Part shown: positions 1 to 12,801 of the stretch, piece by piece
Layout of the letters: the number at the start of each line of letters is the position of its first letter
Numbering within the stretch: the first letter of the stretch is position 1
Source of the DNA: Octopus sinensis
Taxonomy: Eukaryota
DNA length: 64,000 nucleotides
Assembly: GCF_006345805.1 (NCBI RefSeq)
Contig: NC_043010.1
Coordinates: forward strand, 32,612,001-32,676,000
Direction of reading: 5' to 3'
The notes under the pieces: generated by a model
The model's database searches: none
What the model saw: the letters and a program-made list of their open reading frames with translations, nothing else
What the model was told of the DNA's origin: nothing
Translations under genes and position numbers: made by a program

Positions 1-2100
1 CTTATGCCATGCAGATTGATCAAGGCAAGGACTTTCTCCAGATGTCAAGTTAAGCTGTAGAGATTTTAGTTATTGCTCCAGCTTATCCTTATACCTAAAG
101 ACAGGTTTTCTTTTATTATGTATGGCCACTTGTTGGCCATACAAAAGAATTTTTGGAATGCTGTCATTTTTCATTTGAACAATATCTTACTCATCTACAC
201 TGAATTCTCAGCAGCATAATTTGGATACTGGAAATATCACATTTTTGTAAGATTTTGACAGTTGATATCTTATCTTGCCATTCAATGTTGCAGATATTTC
301 GCAGACAGCACATGTGAAAGGTTTCACATTTCTTTATATGTCTGTAGTAGGGAGTCCATGCTTCTGCCCCATGCAAAAGTGGGCCCAAAATACAAGATTT
401 GTATACACTTATTTTAGTTTTCAGACTGACACAGTGTTCATCCCACAAATGATGGAAAAGTTTTCCAAAAGCACTTGTAGCCTAAGATATTCTAACATTG
501 ATTTCATCAAGAGAATGCATAAAGTTTATTGTATTTCCAAGATATTTAAATGACTTGATCTACTTGAGTGACTTTTTGTCTATCATCACATTTGAATTTT
601 AAGTATGTCCTGCCACAGGCTTTGGTTGGAATAAAATTTCAGTCTTCTTGATGCCCATAGTCAGTCCAAATGCATGAGCTGTTGCAGCAAACCTGTTGCC
701 CATTTCCTGAATTCCCTCCAATGTACGAGATATCAAAACACAATCATCAGAAAATAGAAAGTCATGTAAAATCTCTTCCTTGGTCTATTTCATTGAATTG
801 AAATTTTGCCCTTTTAGGTTTAGTAGATTTGCTGTGCAAAACTGGAATTTTACACTTTCATGATAATCCCTGAAAACATGTTGGAGCATCATTGAAAAGA
901 ATATGAAAAAAGTACAGTGGCAACAGAAAATGCCTCTGAATATTGACTACTAGATATCACTGTTGCCATCATTACTTTATGCAGGGATGCTATTACTCTT
1001 ATCATTTTATCAGGAAGACCAGCTTTTGACAAAATTTTCCAGAGTATCTCACAATTCACTATCAAAGGCCTTGGTCAAATTGACAAAGATCATGTACAAG
1101 TTAGTATTTTGTTCACGTTCTTTCTCTTGAACTTGTCAGAGGGCAAAAATCATGTTAAATGTGCCTCTCCCAGTTCAAAATCCACATTGGGGTTCAGGAT
1201 ATATGCTGTTTATTACATATTTATTGATTGCAGTTTAGGATCACCCTCACAAGAATTTTTCCAGCCATGCACAACAAGCTTATTCCCCTGTGATTATCAC
1301 ACTCACTCTTCTTCCCCTTGTTTTTGTACAGTGCATTATAGATGTATATTTGAAATGACAGGGAACAGATCCAGTTTCTCAGATCAAACATATCAATTTG
1401 TGAAGCTTTCTTACAAGTTGTCTACCACCATGCTTGTGCACTTCTATGGGAATATTGTCTTGTTCAGGAAAGTTTCTTAATAACAGTACTTATCTCTTCC
1501 AAAGAAGGATCTACTACTAGTTCCTCAATTATAGGCCACTGAAGGATTTCATTCATTACATCAAGATTGGTAGAGAATTCTTGATTTAATACAGATTTAA
1601 AGTGTTCAGCCCATCTTTTCAGAATTTCGGCTTTGCTACTTAAGAGTTTTGTTAGAAAACCTAGATTCTACACCACTCTTTTTTTAACCAAATACACCTT
1701 TTAGATTGTCATCTAGTGCTCTCAAGTTGTGAGAGTTCTAATTCTTGGCCTTTTTTTTAGCCCAGCAAGAATTTTTCATCTCATGCAAATTTTTCTGGGT
1801 AGTTTTTCTAGAAATGTACAGAGATCTGAGTGTTGGTGAGTTTTTATCTGAGATCCATTCTTTATGTCTCTTATGCATAGTTTCTAGGAGAGATTCAATT
1901 TGAGAATTATTCTCATCAAACCAATCTTGGTGCTGCTTCTTCAGCAGATGATCTGATGCTGTCATGAATATTGTGCAAAAATTCAGGATCATTACTTTTT
2001 CTATTTTTGCAAGCAACACACATCAGAATAGCTTTGATAATATTGTCCAACATGTCAGTGAATTATCATGATGCTTCATTGAAGGCAATTCATCTTGGAA
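1..2100 (-). mobile_element. Decayed RTE-clade LINE (RT and flanking regions, many stops/frameshifts)
   Basis: Minus ORF 191-448 (KTKISVYKSCILGPLLHGAEAWT...FHMCCLRNICNIEWQDKI) matches the RTE post-RT motif; ORF 1738-2019 has the RTE linker motif HQDWFDENN; 1-190 reads as IPKILLYGQ..KPVFRYKDKL. Confidence 0.85.
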
Positions 2101-2261
2101 AATAGTAACTGAACATCTATGACAACAGAATCAGTGCCATATCTTATGAAAGTAACCTGCAAGTAACCTTTGTAGATAGAAATGGTTCTTTTGTTCATAT
2201 GTCAGTCCTAACTGTGATGAATGTGAAGAGAACCACTCTCCCAATTAATTTTTTTTTTTTT

Positions 2262-2578
2262 TACGGAAACCCATGTTTTCAGCTATGAAGGTTCCAGTTT
2301 TTAAAAAAAATTGGCAAAAATAGCAATTTCAAAATTTCAATCCCCCCCCACCCTAAAATTTCAATCCCCCCACTTCATTTTTCACTTTTTTCAGAAATTT
2401 TTGGGGGCAAAATAAATAGAAAAATACAGAGATTATAATTCTGAAAAAAATTGTTTGTAAAATTTCAATTTTTCAAAAAAAAAATTAATTACCCCAACCC
2501 CCTCCCCTCCTGATTCTACGGCCTTCAAGTAGGCTACTCACTTGCTAGAAATAACAATCAAATCTCACACAAACTTTT
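2262..2578. repeat. ~310-bp repeat, left member of an inverted pair with 3372-3683
   Basis: For example gattataattctgaaaaaaattgtttgtaaaatttcaa (~2430) is the reverse complement of ttgaaattttacaaacaattttttttcagaattataatc (~3485); the match runs along the whole block. Confidence 0.85.
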
Positions 2579-3216
2579 TGGCACATACACACATACTCTG
2601 TATCAGTCTTTGCCTTTCCCTTGGATAACATTGGTGGCATGGAGAGGGTAGGCTGTCTTGTTCAGGCAAGTTTCTTAATAGCAGTACTTATCTCTTCCAA
2701 GGAAGAATCTTCTACTAGTTCCTCAATTATAGGCCACTGAAGGATTTCATTGATTACTCTGGTAGGCTGTCTTCCATAAACAAATTTGCCCTGACTTGTA
2801 CCTTGGAAGGGAACTTTCTAGGTGCAATCTTATGGTCATTCATGACCAAAGGGGATCTTTATCCTTTTCCCCTACTAGATATTAGTAACCACACTGGTCC
2901 TCTACAAAAACCTGCACTACCACACCTCCTTACTGATCATTCCCTTGTCCACTGGTATGAAGCTGACCCCACCCCACAGGATTTGTAGTTCTGCAAGGTA
3001 CATGGATGTTAGATGATGATGATAATGATGATGATTTATATATTTTTTTGTGAAAATGTTCCTGAACTTACCAAAAATAACCACTGCAGAGTTAATGAAG
3101 ATGATAATGATGACAAAAGTGATGATGTTAACTACTCTGTTGATGATGACAATCAAGGCAATGATGGACATGATTATAAACAATTTTGAATTGCTTTGTA
3201 TATGTTTATGTATGTG

Positions 3217-3265
<49 letters not shown>

Positions 3266-3371
3266 GTAGATAGTAGATTGATTACATATTTCTTTCATTA
3301 TTTTATTGTAGTGTATATGTTGAAAATTTTATTTAAAAATATCAATTTTTATGAAAGTTAAAAAGGAAACA

Positions 3372-3683
3372 AAGTTTGTGTGAGATTTGGCAGTTATTTC
3401 TAGCATGTGGATAGCCTGCTTGAAGGCCATAGAATCGGGAGGGGGTTAGGGTGGTTTTTTTTTTTTTTTCTTTTTTCTGAAGAGTTGAAATTTTACAAAC
3501 AATTTTTTTTCAGAATTATAATCTCCATATTTTTCTATGTTTTTTGCCCAAAAGAATTTCCGAAAAAGTGAAAAATATAGAAGTGGGGGAAAATTGAAAT
3601 TTTGAAGTTGGAATTCTTGCCAATTTTTTTCCAAAATCGGAATCTCCATAGCTGAAAATGTGGTTTTCGGTAAAAAAAAATTT
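3372..3683. repeat. ~310-bp repeat, right member of an inverted pair with 2262-2578
   Basis: Reverse-complement similarity to 2262-2578, including the terminal motif gagatttggcagttatttctagca. Confidence 0.85.
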
Positions 3684-4116
3684 TTTTAAGTGGGGGAGAG
3701 GTTACATCTCTGCCATGTGCCCCAAGTTTTACACCTGTCAAAGAAAGGAAAGTTTCAGGTGGTGTTTTGATTATTTACAGTCTATTTTCTGCATCCGAAA
3801 GGAATAGTGTTATGCTCATTTCATGATAGTTAAAGGGTTCCACACATATAGTTAACTGTTTCTACCTGGTTACTTAACTACAATGTGAAGTACCTACATG
3901 TTAAGTAAGTGTTAGTCTTGCATGCATAATCACAATATTTCATTGATTTGACTGACAGTGAGTCCAGCCTCCTAGCCAGGTTGCCTTCACCACAATAATA
4001 TACCAAATTAAATGAATCATCATGTTGAATACAGCTGTCACATACCTCAATGAATCTTCCTAAAAGAAATTGCCAAAAAAGTGAGTGACATATATGATGT
4101 GATAGAAAGAGATGGA

Positions 4117-4160
<44 letters not shown>

Positions 4161-4163
<3 letters not shown>

Positions 4164-4442
4164 TGGGTGATAGAGAAGAAGGGAGAAACATATATTGGAT
4201 AACAGAAAGACAGAATAAAGTAAAAGACTAAATGATCAAAGAAAAATATATGTAGTTTTTGTAAGTCAGAGATATTCTTAAAAATAACAAGCATCATCTG
4301 AAATTGGGTGATAGAGAAGAAGGGAGAAACATATATTGGATAACAGAAAGACAGAATAAAGTAAAAGACTAAATGATCAAAGAAAAATATATGTAGTTTT
4401 TGTAAGTCAGAGATATTCTTAAAAATAACAAGCATCATCTGA
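4161..4442. repeat. Perfect 2 x 141-bp tandem duplication
   Basis: aattgggtgatagagaagaa...gcatcatctga starts at 4161 and again at 4302, and looks identical by eye; it also produces the repeated peptide in ORF 3878-4438. Confidence 0.95.
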
Positions 4443-5326
4443 AATAATAATTATCGATTAGCTGGAATTTAGTGCTGTCCCTCAATTTGGTTTCCTTGAG
4501 AAGTGAGGGGTAAAATGCCAAGTTCAATGAGCCAGTGTCGAATTTGGTTCTAGTCCATCTAAATGAATATTCACAGAAGAAGCTGTTGAGAAAAAGAGAG
4601 GGAGAGAGAGAGAGATTAAAGTAATAAGAAGAGACATATATTGAGAGAGAAAGAGAAACACTTTGATCAGAGAGTGTTTATAGAACGATTTCCAGCAGTT
4701 AGGAATAACGTAAATAATAAGAGTTATCTAGAATGTAACTGATGTTAATCATGTTATGTGTAGGGTAGGGAATGGGTGAAGAGATGGGGTATGCCAGATA
4801 GGGAGTGATACGGGTATTTTTTAATACTTTAAATTTCAACCTAAAGTTTATTATTTTCTAAGAAACTGCATCTGGTAAGAAGTTAGCTTCCTATCCACAT
4901 GTTCCAGGTTCAATCCCACTGCATGGAACATGTCTTTGGATAGCTCCAGGTTCACCAAAACATTGTGAGTGAATTATTTGGTAAATGGAAACTGAAAGAA
5001 GCCCGTGTGTGTGTATGTGTATGTGTATGTGTTGGTGTTACTGTCTCCTTGCTTTGACATTGTGTAATAGTTATAAATGAATGTCACTGTCATGCAAGTA
5101 TGTTTTGCTCACAAACCTCCATGGGAAACATGTCTGGTCATGGGAAAATGTTACCTTACTTGGAAACAGGTGAAGGTTGGTGACAGGAAAAACATCCAAC
5201 TGCAGAAAATCTACTTCAACAATATTCCATCCAACCCATGTGAGCATGGAAAAGTGGACATAAGAACAATGATGATGATGATATATAAATATATATGTAT
5301 GTATATATATATATATATATATATAT

Positions 5327-5401
5327 ACTTTGATACTTTGATACTTTGATAGGTTTCGGCCATTATTGGCCCAGGCCATGTCTAACTTAATAGCACCACC
5401 T
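5327..5401 (-). mobile_element. Extreme 3' end of the CR1-type LINE family seen at 59936-60735
   Basis: The reverse complement is ggtggtgctattaagttagacatggcctgggccaat..., matching 60666-60700, followed by an (ATCAAAGT)n tail. Confidence 0.8.
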
Positions 5402-5804
5402 AAATAATTATTTGAGGGAATATCATACCTAATTTACAGGGAAAAATTCAATTTAGAAATACTAAATCAAATTTCACAAAATATAATATATATATAAAAA
5501 TTAGAAAAAACCACCTTTTATCAATTCAAAATGAACAATTAAAGTACACCATCTAGAAAATTACATATAATAGAAATATTAAAAATAAAATAACAATAAT
5601 ATGCCAATGATTAAGTAAATTGCAAAATAATAATAAAAAATAATAATTACCAACTATATACGTTTTTATTATTATTTTGCAATTTACTTAATCATCGGTA
5701 TATTATTGTTATTTTATTTTTAATATTTCTATTATACGTAATTTTCTAGATGGTGTAATTTAATTGTTCATTTTGAATTGCTAAAAGGTATTTTTTTCTA
5801 ATTG

Positions 5805-5812
<8 letters not shown>
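5402..5812. mobile_element. AT-rich foldback (palindromic) element, family 1 copy A
   Basis: Arms ~5490-5640 and ~5660-5810 are reverse complements (acaccatctagaaaattac / gtaattttctagatggtgt); a second copy lies at 20683-21110. Confidence 0.8.
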
Positions 5813-5840
<28 letters not shown>

Positions 5841-5929
5841 AGAGTTTTCGAAAAAAAAACAAAAGACAAAGACAGGTGGTGTACAAAACAAACAGATGTA
5901 TTAGTATAACACTCAGGAATAGAAAAAGT

Positions 5930-5965
5930 CTTTTATGTTTCGAACCTACGTTCTTCTACAGAAAG
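5930..5965 (-). ncRNA. Minimal hammerhead-ribozyme-like remnant (Penelope-like-element type)
   Basis: Minus strand reads CUUU-CUGUAGA-A-GAAC GUAG GUUC-GAAA-CAUA-AAAG: stem I CUUU/AAAG, stem II GAAC/GUUC. The core deviates from CUGANGA, and stem III looks CpG-decayed (CGU to CAU). Confidence 0.45.
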
Positions 5966-7239
5966 GGACACAGAAAAAATAAGGAGAGAAACAAGGAGAG
6001 AAAAAAATGTGTGTAGTGGCTAACGATTTATCATGGCAACTCTCTCTTTCTCTCTCTAATAATAATAATTATAATAATATTACTTTACTGATTATTTTAG
6101 TATTTTCTTTCAGTCTATGATACATTTTCCAAGGACATCATAATATTGATTTCCAACATAAGCACAAGGCCTCAAAGTTAGGAAGGAATATTATAGTTAA
6201 TTAAATTAATCCCATTATTTAACAGGTACTCTATTTTATCAAGTATGAAAGAATAAAGACAAAGTCAACCTCAATGGGATTTAAATTGAGACAATATCTA
6301 CATACATCAAAGCTTTAGTGTTTCTGTAAATCAACCATCCTAGAATATTATGATACTGCATTTTTTTTCCCACTGTTTTATCATTTATATCACTTTATGC
6401 CAGGGCTCACCAGGAGTGAGTTACACTAAACAAATACAACAACACTTCATGACAAATCTAGAAAAGCTCCTGCCATGAAAACATGACAATCTAACTTCAT
6501 TTAGTGACCCTATAACAAGAATACTACTCTTCAAAAAAAAAAACCCCTGTCATACCATCTGTTTTCAAGAAATCATATGAAAAAAATTATCAAACTCTTT
6601 ACAAATGGTAGCCCTTGTAACTTTCTGAGGATCCCTCATGGCAATCTCACACATTAACTGAACCAATCTTATATCACAAAGACCAGGTTTTCCTTTCAGA
6701 ATCAGAAAATATTTTATTATATTCAACAACTCAGTGCATGACACAAGTTGACATATAATAGCGTACTTCTTAAGCATCTAGTTAAATGCTTCCTGCTCAA
6801 ACATTTAGATTTAGATCAAGCCAAAACAAATTACCTGATATATAAACCTTCATTTACAAAACACTCTTCAGCTACTGGACCATTGTCAAGCTGTGTCGCT
6901 TTTGTCTCTTCTGCTGTAACTTACAAGATGCTTGAATTAAGATTCAGTTGGATTATTATGTACCAACTCTCTTTGAAGAGATTTGTCTCACTAACTTCTT
7001 TCTTGTGACCCCCTCCCATTAAGCACTCTGTTTAATACCTTTGGAACCTTCTAGTGTAAGCTGCTTAGAACGGCAAATCACTTGGCTTTTAAAACAGCAG
7101 AAAGTATAAGAAACAAGTAATGAGTGTTGAAGTTATCAAATACAGAATTTGTGGTAAGACTGTAGGGTTGAAAGATGATTCATCAACTGATGATATCTAA
7201 AAGAATTTGTTGTTACTACCTTCATGGTTGTTACTACCT

Positions 7240-7590
7240 AACAACTATGAAGAAAAAGAAGAAATAACAAAAGCTGTAAAACAAATGAAATCCAAACTAA
7301 AACTAGAACAGTAACGGATCATGATAAAACAATGGCAAGAAAAGCCCCTTCGTGGCAAATACTGGGCTAAACTAAATGCAAAAGAAACAGACAGAGCAAA
7401 ATCCCAGCTATGGCTGAGAAGCTCAACATTCAAAGCAGAGACTGAAGGACTTTTAATTGCAGCACAAGACCAAAGCATCCCCACCAGAAATTACCAGAAA
7501 CATATAATGAAAAGAAACATAACAAGTAACTGCAGAATATGTGGAGATGGACAAGAAACAATAAATCATTTTGTCTCTGCAAAGACCTGA
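7240..7590 (+). mobile_element. R4/Dong-type non-LTR retrotransposon fragment (pre-endonuclease CCHC region)
   Basis: WQEKPLRGKY...LWLRSSTFKAETEGLLIAAQDQSIPTRNYQ...CRICGDGQETINH is the characteristic ETEG-IAAQDQ / C-x2-C-x7-H region of RLE-encoding non-LTR elements. Confidence 0.8.
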
Positions 7591-8022
7591 CAAATAACGT
7601 GAGTCCATAGCTGTTTCCTGCACCAGCTTCACATAGAAGCCCCAGACCATCCAAAGTGCCTTGGATCACAGGACGGCCTGCTGTGCTAACCTTGGATCGT
7701 AGAGTGACCTGCTGTGCTTGAGGAGACCTATTGGGTCAAGTACATCCACATCAAAAATCAAATGGAAATTGTAGTTGTGATACCTGTGCCAGTGGCACGT
7801 AAAAAGCACCAACCGATCGTGGCTGTTGCCAGCCACCCCTGGCACATAAAAAGCACCCACTACACTCACGGAATGGTTGGTGTTAGGAAGGGCATCCAAC
7901 TGTAGAAACACTTCCAGATAAAACTGGAGCCTGGTGTAGCCTCGTGGCTTCCCAGACCCTGGTTGAACCGTCCAACCCATGCTAGCATGGAAAACGGACA
8001 TTAAACGATGATGATGATGATG
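7590..8022 (+). mobile_element. RTE LINE 3' UTR fragment with (GAT)n tail
   Basis: gtggcacgtaaaaagcacc repeats, aggaagggcatcca, ccaacccatgctagcatggaaaacggac followed by (gat)n; same family as 35286-35702, 43150 and 61157. Confidence 0.75.
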
Positions 8023-8033
8023 ATAATATATAT

Positions 8034-8083
<50 letters not shown>

Positions 8084-8136
8084 TACACACACATACATAA
8101 ATATATATACACAAACACACACATGCATGTGTGTGT

Positions 8137-8167
<31 letters not shown>

Positions 8168-10130
8168 CATGTGTATACAATGTGCTTTTTTTCAGTTTCT
8201 ATCAAAAATGGGTTTTGTTGGTCTATAATAGAAGACAATTGTTCATGATGTCACAGTGGGATTGAACCCAAGACAACATGGTTGACTGTTTGGCCAGAGG
8301 GAGCCCAATGGATGCAAATGATGACCTTGCTGTAAAAAAAAGATTATAATGACCTTCCTGAACAACTTCTTTTGTCTTGCCTTTTGTGCCAAATCAAAAA
8401 CCGATGCTCAGCTCATGAGTTAATCCATAATTATAAGTTTCTGTAGTGGTTTTCTCCAGTTTCACACAAAACTTTATTACATAGTAAGCTTCCAAACTCT
8501 CTTCATATCCTGACTGCATTCTTCAAACTACTCAGCTGTGACAAGTGACATTTAATAGGGTGTGCTCAAAGTGTTGCTACAGTCGTCTCCTTGAAAATGG
8601 AATAACAAAAGTCAGCAGGTCAGCTCATTAGATGTATAGTAATGATATACTAAAATCACAACAATCCAGGACGCTTATAACTCTGTCTCCTGAAAAAGTC
8701 TCAAAACTTCTGGAATGCACCTTTTGTGTGTACGTATGCATATGTGTGTTTGGATATATATATATATGTTTGTTTGTATATGGATATATATATATATATA
8801 TTTCCATATTATGTGTATATATATATGTATGAATGAATGTGAATGTGTGTATGTATATATTCTATTGATTCTTTTACTCTCTATTAATCTTACAGAAAAC
8901 AAAGCTAAGCAAAGAAATGGTTAAAATATTTCAAGGAAACACAATAGAGTTGCTAATGAGATGGATATTGTGGAAGGGGGAATTCATGTGATAACATAAA
9001 ATAGCATATGATATGACATCTGATAACCTATAATATGACATGAATGCCATGATACTTATGCCAGCATGCAAGAACAAATATTACGGTGATGATGATGGTG
9101 ATGGGAAAAGATATTAGCTGTGTATATTGTACTTGATATACAATAATGTGAATATGAATAATTGCACGAGTTATAAAAGAAAATAAAATAAAAAATAAAA
9201 TAATAGCTTAACATTGGATAATGCACTCCAACATACACTCTTGCTAAATAGAAAAAAAAATTAACAGGATGATCATGGTTAGATTAAGCCTTTGATCTTA
9301 AATAATAATGTTATATGCACATGAATAATAACGTTATACACACACAGGGTATAATGAGGTCTGACCTCAAGTTTAACACCAACAGTTTTTCTGCTCGGGT
9401 AAAGAATCAATATTAATCAGTATAGATTAATATCATCAGTTTCAATAACAAATGGTATGATAGAAATAGCTAATGGCTTGCAGCATTTCTAAGTTCAAAT
9501 CTTAGAGTTCATTTTACTTTTCATTTCTCCAGGGTTTGAAAACTGTGCCAGATATATACTGGTGTCACTTCAATTCATTACAGCCTTATTCAAATTCTGT
9601 CATTTGATGCCTTTCCTACAGTTATTGAGGACGGTACAGGCAGCTATAATAACACCAGGTAGAGCTGTTCATTTGATGTCACTCTTATTGTTATTGAGAA
9701 TGGTATAGGCTGCTGGTTCTTTCTCCCCACAAAGTTGTTCTGACCTCACTTATAATCTTCAGAAGATATTGATTGATTGATTTACAGAAGAAACTGTAGA
9801 AACAATAACAACAAACATACCATACCAGTCACCCTTACAAATACAGCATCTGTTAAGTCACAAGTGAGAAACAAAAGACAAGCAACATTAGCAATACTAC
9901 TAATATTGAAACTACCATTAATACACATCTACTACTAGTATATACATCTACTACACTATCACCATCACTACCACCACCACCACCATTACTATTACTGCTG
10001 CTGCTACCATCCCTCAGTCAAGAGTAACTTTTATTCTGTCTCAAGTCTACCCAATGTTGACAATACACCTGCAGATGGTGGCACAGCCATATCTCTTCAC
10101 CAAATCAAATTTAGATACATTATCCCTCCT

Positions 10131-10270
10131 TACACAATTTCCTTCTCTGTACAATATCCTTCCCTGTACAATATCCTTCCCTGTACAATGTCCTTCCCTG
10201 TACAATATACTACCCTGTACAGTATTCTTCTCTGTGCAATATCCTTACTGTACAATATTCTTCCTTGTGT
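10131..10270. repeat. 17-bp minisatellite (ccttccctgtacaatat), about 8 degenerate copies
   Basis: Unit repeated directly in the sequence. Confidence 0.85.
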
Positions 10271-10646
10271 CACAGGAATGGATCATGCTGGGAGGAACTA
10301 CAAAGTAAATTATAAATGAATCCCAAAATATCTTCACAACAAGGCCAATTCTCAGTAAAATAACAAAACATACATTATTTTCATTGTGAAACAGAAATGC
10401 TGGTGTTCTTCTGCTATAATGACTAGTATGCTTGCCAAATCTTGTCAAAGAAGAACCTTTTATTTTTTATCTTTTGATTCATACATTGAACTGTGACTAC
10501 ACTGGGACAACACCTTGAAGGCTTTTGCTTAAACAGTACTTTTTTTGTTTTTTCTTCTTATTTAAGTTTGGTACTTGCCAAATTTGCTAAGTTACAACAA
10601 TGATTGTCATTGGGAGTCAGGTTGACAAATAAACACAAAGATGTAT

Positions 10647-10683
<37 letters not shown>

Positions 10684-11093
10684 AATCTACCACACAGCTT
10701 CCATCTATCAAATTCACTCTCAAGGCATTAGCTGAATTAGGGCTATAGCAGATGCTTTCCCAACATGTTACCATATAGTGCGACTGAAACCATATATATT
10801 TTTCAAAAACAAATGTGATGTGTGATATACCACCAATCTCTATTTTCATATTAAATTCTGACATAATCATTATTATTTCTTGAAATTTTCATTTAAAAAT
10901 ATCTATTTTTCCAAAAGTTGTAAGAAAACTAATCCAACATGTGTGAAACAAGAAATGCACTTGTTAAAATGTTAACGATGTTGATGAGTGTTTGAATATA
11001 GATATTGATTAATACTATGTAAATGTTAAATTTTTAAAGTTATTATTTTACTGATGGAGAGACTAAATAGTAAGAGTGGAGTCAAATTTATCG

Positions 11094-11203
11094 TAAAGTT
11101 CAAGTTCACTGGGACTTCAAGTTTTATCTATTGGCTTATTCAACCAATCCAGATGAATAAGCTGATAGACAAAAATTTATTGTCTCAGTCAACTTGAACT
11201 TTA
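11094..11203 (+). ncRNA. Candidate intronic stem-loop (pre-miRNA-like, or a tiny foldback element)
   Basis: 22-bp outer stem (11094-11115 / 11182-11203), 21-bp inner stem (11122-11142 / 11154-11174) and an 11-nt loop. Confidence 0.35.
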
Positions 11204-11249
11204 TAATTAATATTAATTCTATGTATGCAGTTAATAAATGTAAATTTCT

Positions 11250-11288
<39 letters not shown>

Positions 11289-11290
<2 letters not shown>

Positions 11291-11682
11291 CTAGCAGTAT
11301 AGCCCAGCGTTGCTCGGGCTTGTTTTCTTTTCAACCCTTTAGAAGTGGAATTTTTGAAAAGTAAAAATTTTGCATTATGTAGCTTGTTATTCTCTGTAAC
11401 TGAACATTTTTCTGGTTGAAATACACTGAAAAATGGCGACTCAGCAGTCAAAAAATCGTAAAAATAAGGATTTTCATAGAAAAAAAAGCACCTTTTTAAT
11501 GTAAATAATTTTTGGTGTTAACATGGTCCGATTTGAATTTTTCTTCTATAGAAGGAAGAGCAAGCTTCTTCTATCATACTCTCAATTTTGGTCAACTTGC
11601 ACCTCTGGGTCTTGGCAGAGATAGTGTTAGTTGAAGGCTACCAAACCTGCCATACACAAACAACTTCAGCTTTATATATATA
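11289..11682. mobile_element. Non-autonomous Helitron-superfamily-like element inserted in (TA)n
   Basis: Starts actagcagtatagcccagcgttgctcggg (ACTAGC plus a small hairpin), ends ctttatatatata, with TA runs on both sides; this architecture is typical of rolling-circle non-autonomous elements. Confidence 0.5.
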
Positions 11683-11689
11683 TAAAAAA

Positions 11690-12097
11690 TTTATATCTAA
11701 TGTAGGATAAAATTTTTTTGAAAAAAAATTTTATCAATGGCCAGCATATTAAAAAATACCTTTAAAGGTTAAATTTATAAACAACTTACAAATAAAGGCA
11801 AACGAAAAAATTTCTAATGCCAAATATGCCAAAATTAGACACCTTGTCCATAACCATGTAATTTTTCACAATACGCACGTTACTCAAAAAAGGTCGACAG
11901 AAATTTCTAAATTGCCACATTTATCACTGATAAATATCGGTCCGATATGGTAATAATGGAATTTTTTAGAAATTTCTGTTGACCTTTTTTTTGAGTAACA
12001 TGTGTATTGTGAAAAATTATATGGTTATGGACAAGGTGTCTAATTTCACATATTTGGCATTAGAAATCTTTTCGTTTGCCCTTATTTATAAGTTGTA
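11690..12097. mobile_element. Foldback element, family 2 copy A (~130-bp inverted arms)
   Basis: 11781-11910 and 11966-12097 are reverse complements (agacaccttgtccataacca / tggttatggacaaggtgtct); a related partial copy lies at 63183-63470. Confidence 0.8.
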
Positions 12098-12715
12098 TAT
12101 ATATATATATATATATGCTAGTGCAAATACACTATCTTTAAGGTAGCATGTTTTACATTTGTTTGATATCGTTGCATCATATAATCCTATAATGTATATG
12201 AGCAAGTATACATATGTGATGCATGTAGAAAGAACACTGGCAAGACATGTAACATGAAGGAAGCTCATATATCAATAATGGAAAATGTAAAATACAGCAA
12301 TAAGATAAAGTGCAAATATGTTAAAGAATGTGCATTTATAACACAATGAAAAATTACTACCTAAATACTGCCAATGAATTTCAATATACATTCCCATACT
12401 AGCTCAATTTGCAATACCAGTTTACATGGGAATTCTGAAAGAAATATTATGTAATACATACAGTTTTAGGCATTGGAGAGGCACTTCCTCAGGCTTGCAT
12501 CAAAGTCATACTATTACTTTGTGCATCTATCAGACCTTGTTATTAGGAAAGTACCAGGAGGAAATAAAAAGGAAAAAATTAAAAGTTTGTATGCGGGATG
12601 GGTCTGTGGGGAAGATATGTGGTGGGGATCAAGAGGGTAGATACATAGGATAGAGAAATGGAAGGAGGGAGAGGAAAATGAATAGAAGGTGAAAGACAAG
12701 AATCGGAAGGAGGAA

Positions 12716-12801
12716 GAGAAGAAGAAGAAGAAGAAGAAGAAGAAGAAGAAGAAGAAGAAGAGAAGAAGAAGAAGCAGCAGCAGCAGCAGCAGCAGCAGCA
12801 G
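12716..12801. repeat. Compound (GAA)n-(CAG)n microsatellite
   Basis: Seen directly in the sequence. Confidence 0.95.

Noticed and set aside
6500-7100. Possible hAT transposase relic (EPSSVSCLER near 7045)
   Set aside because: Only one short motif-like match; too decayed to support a call.
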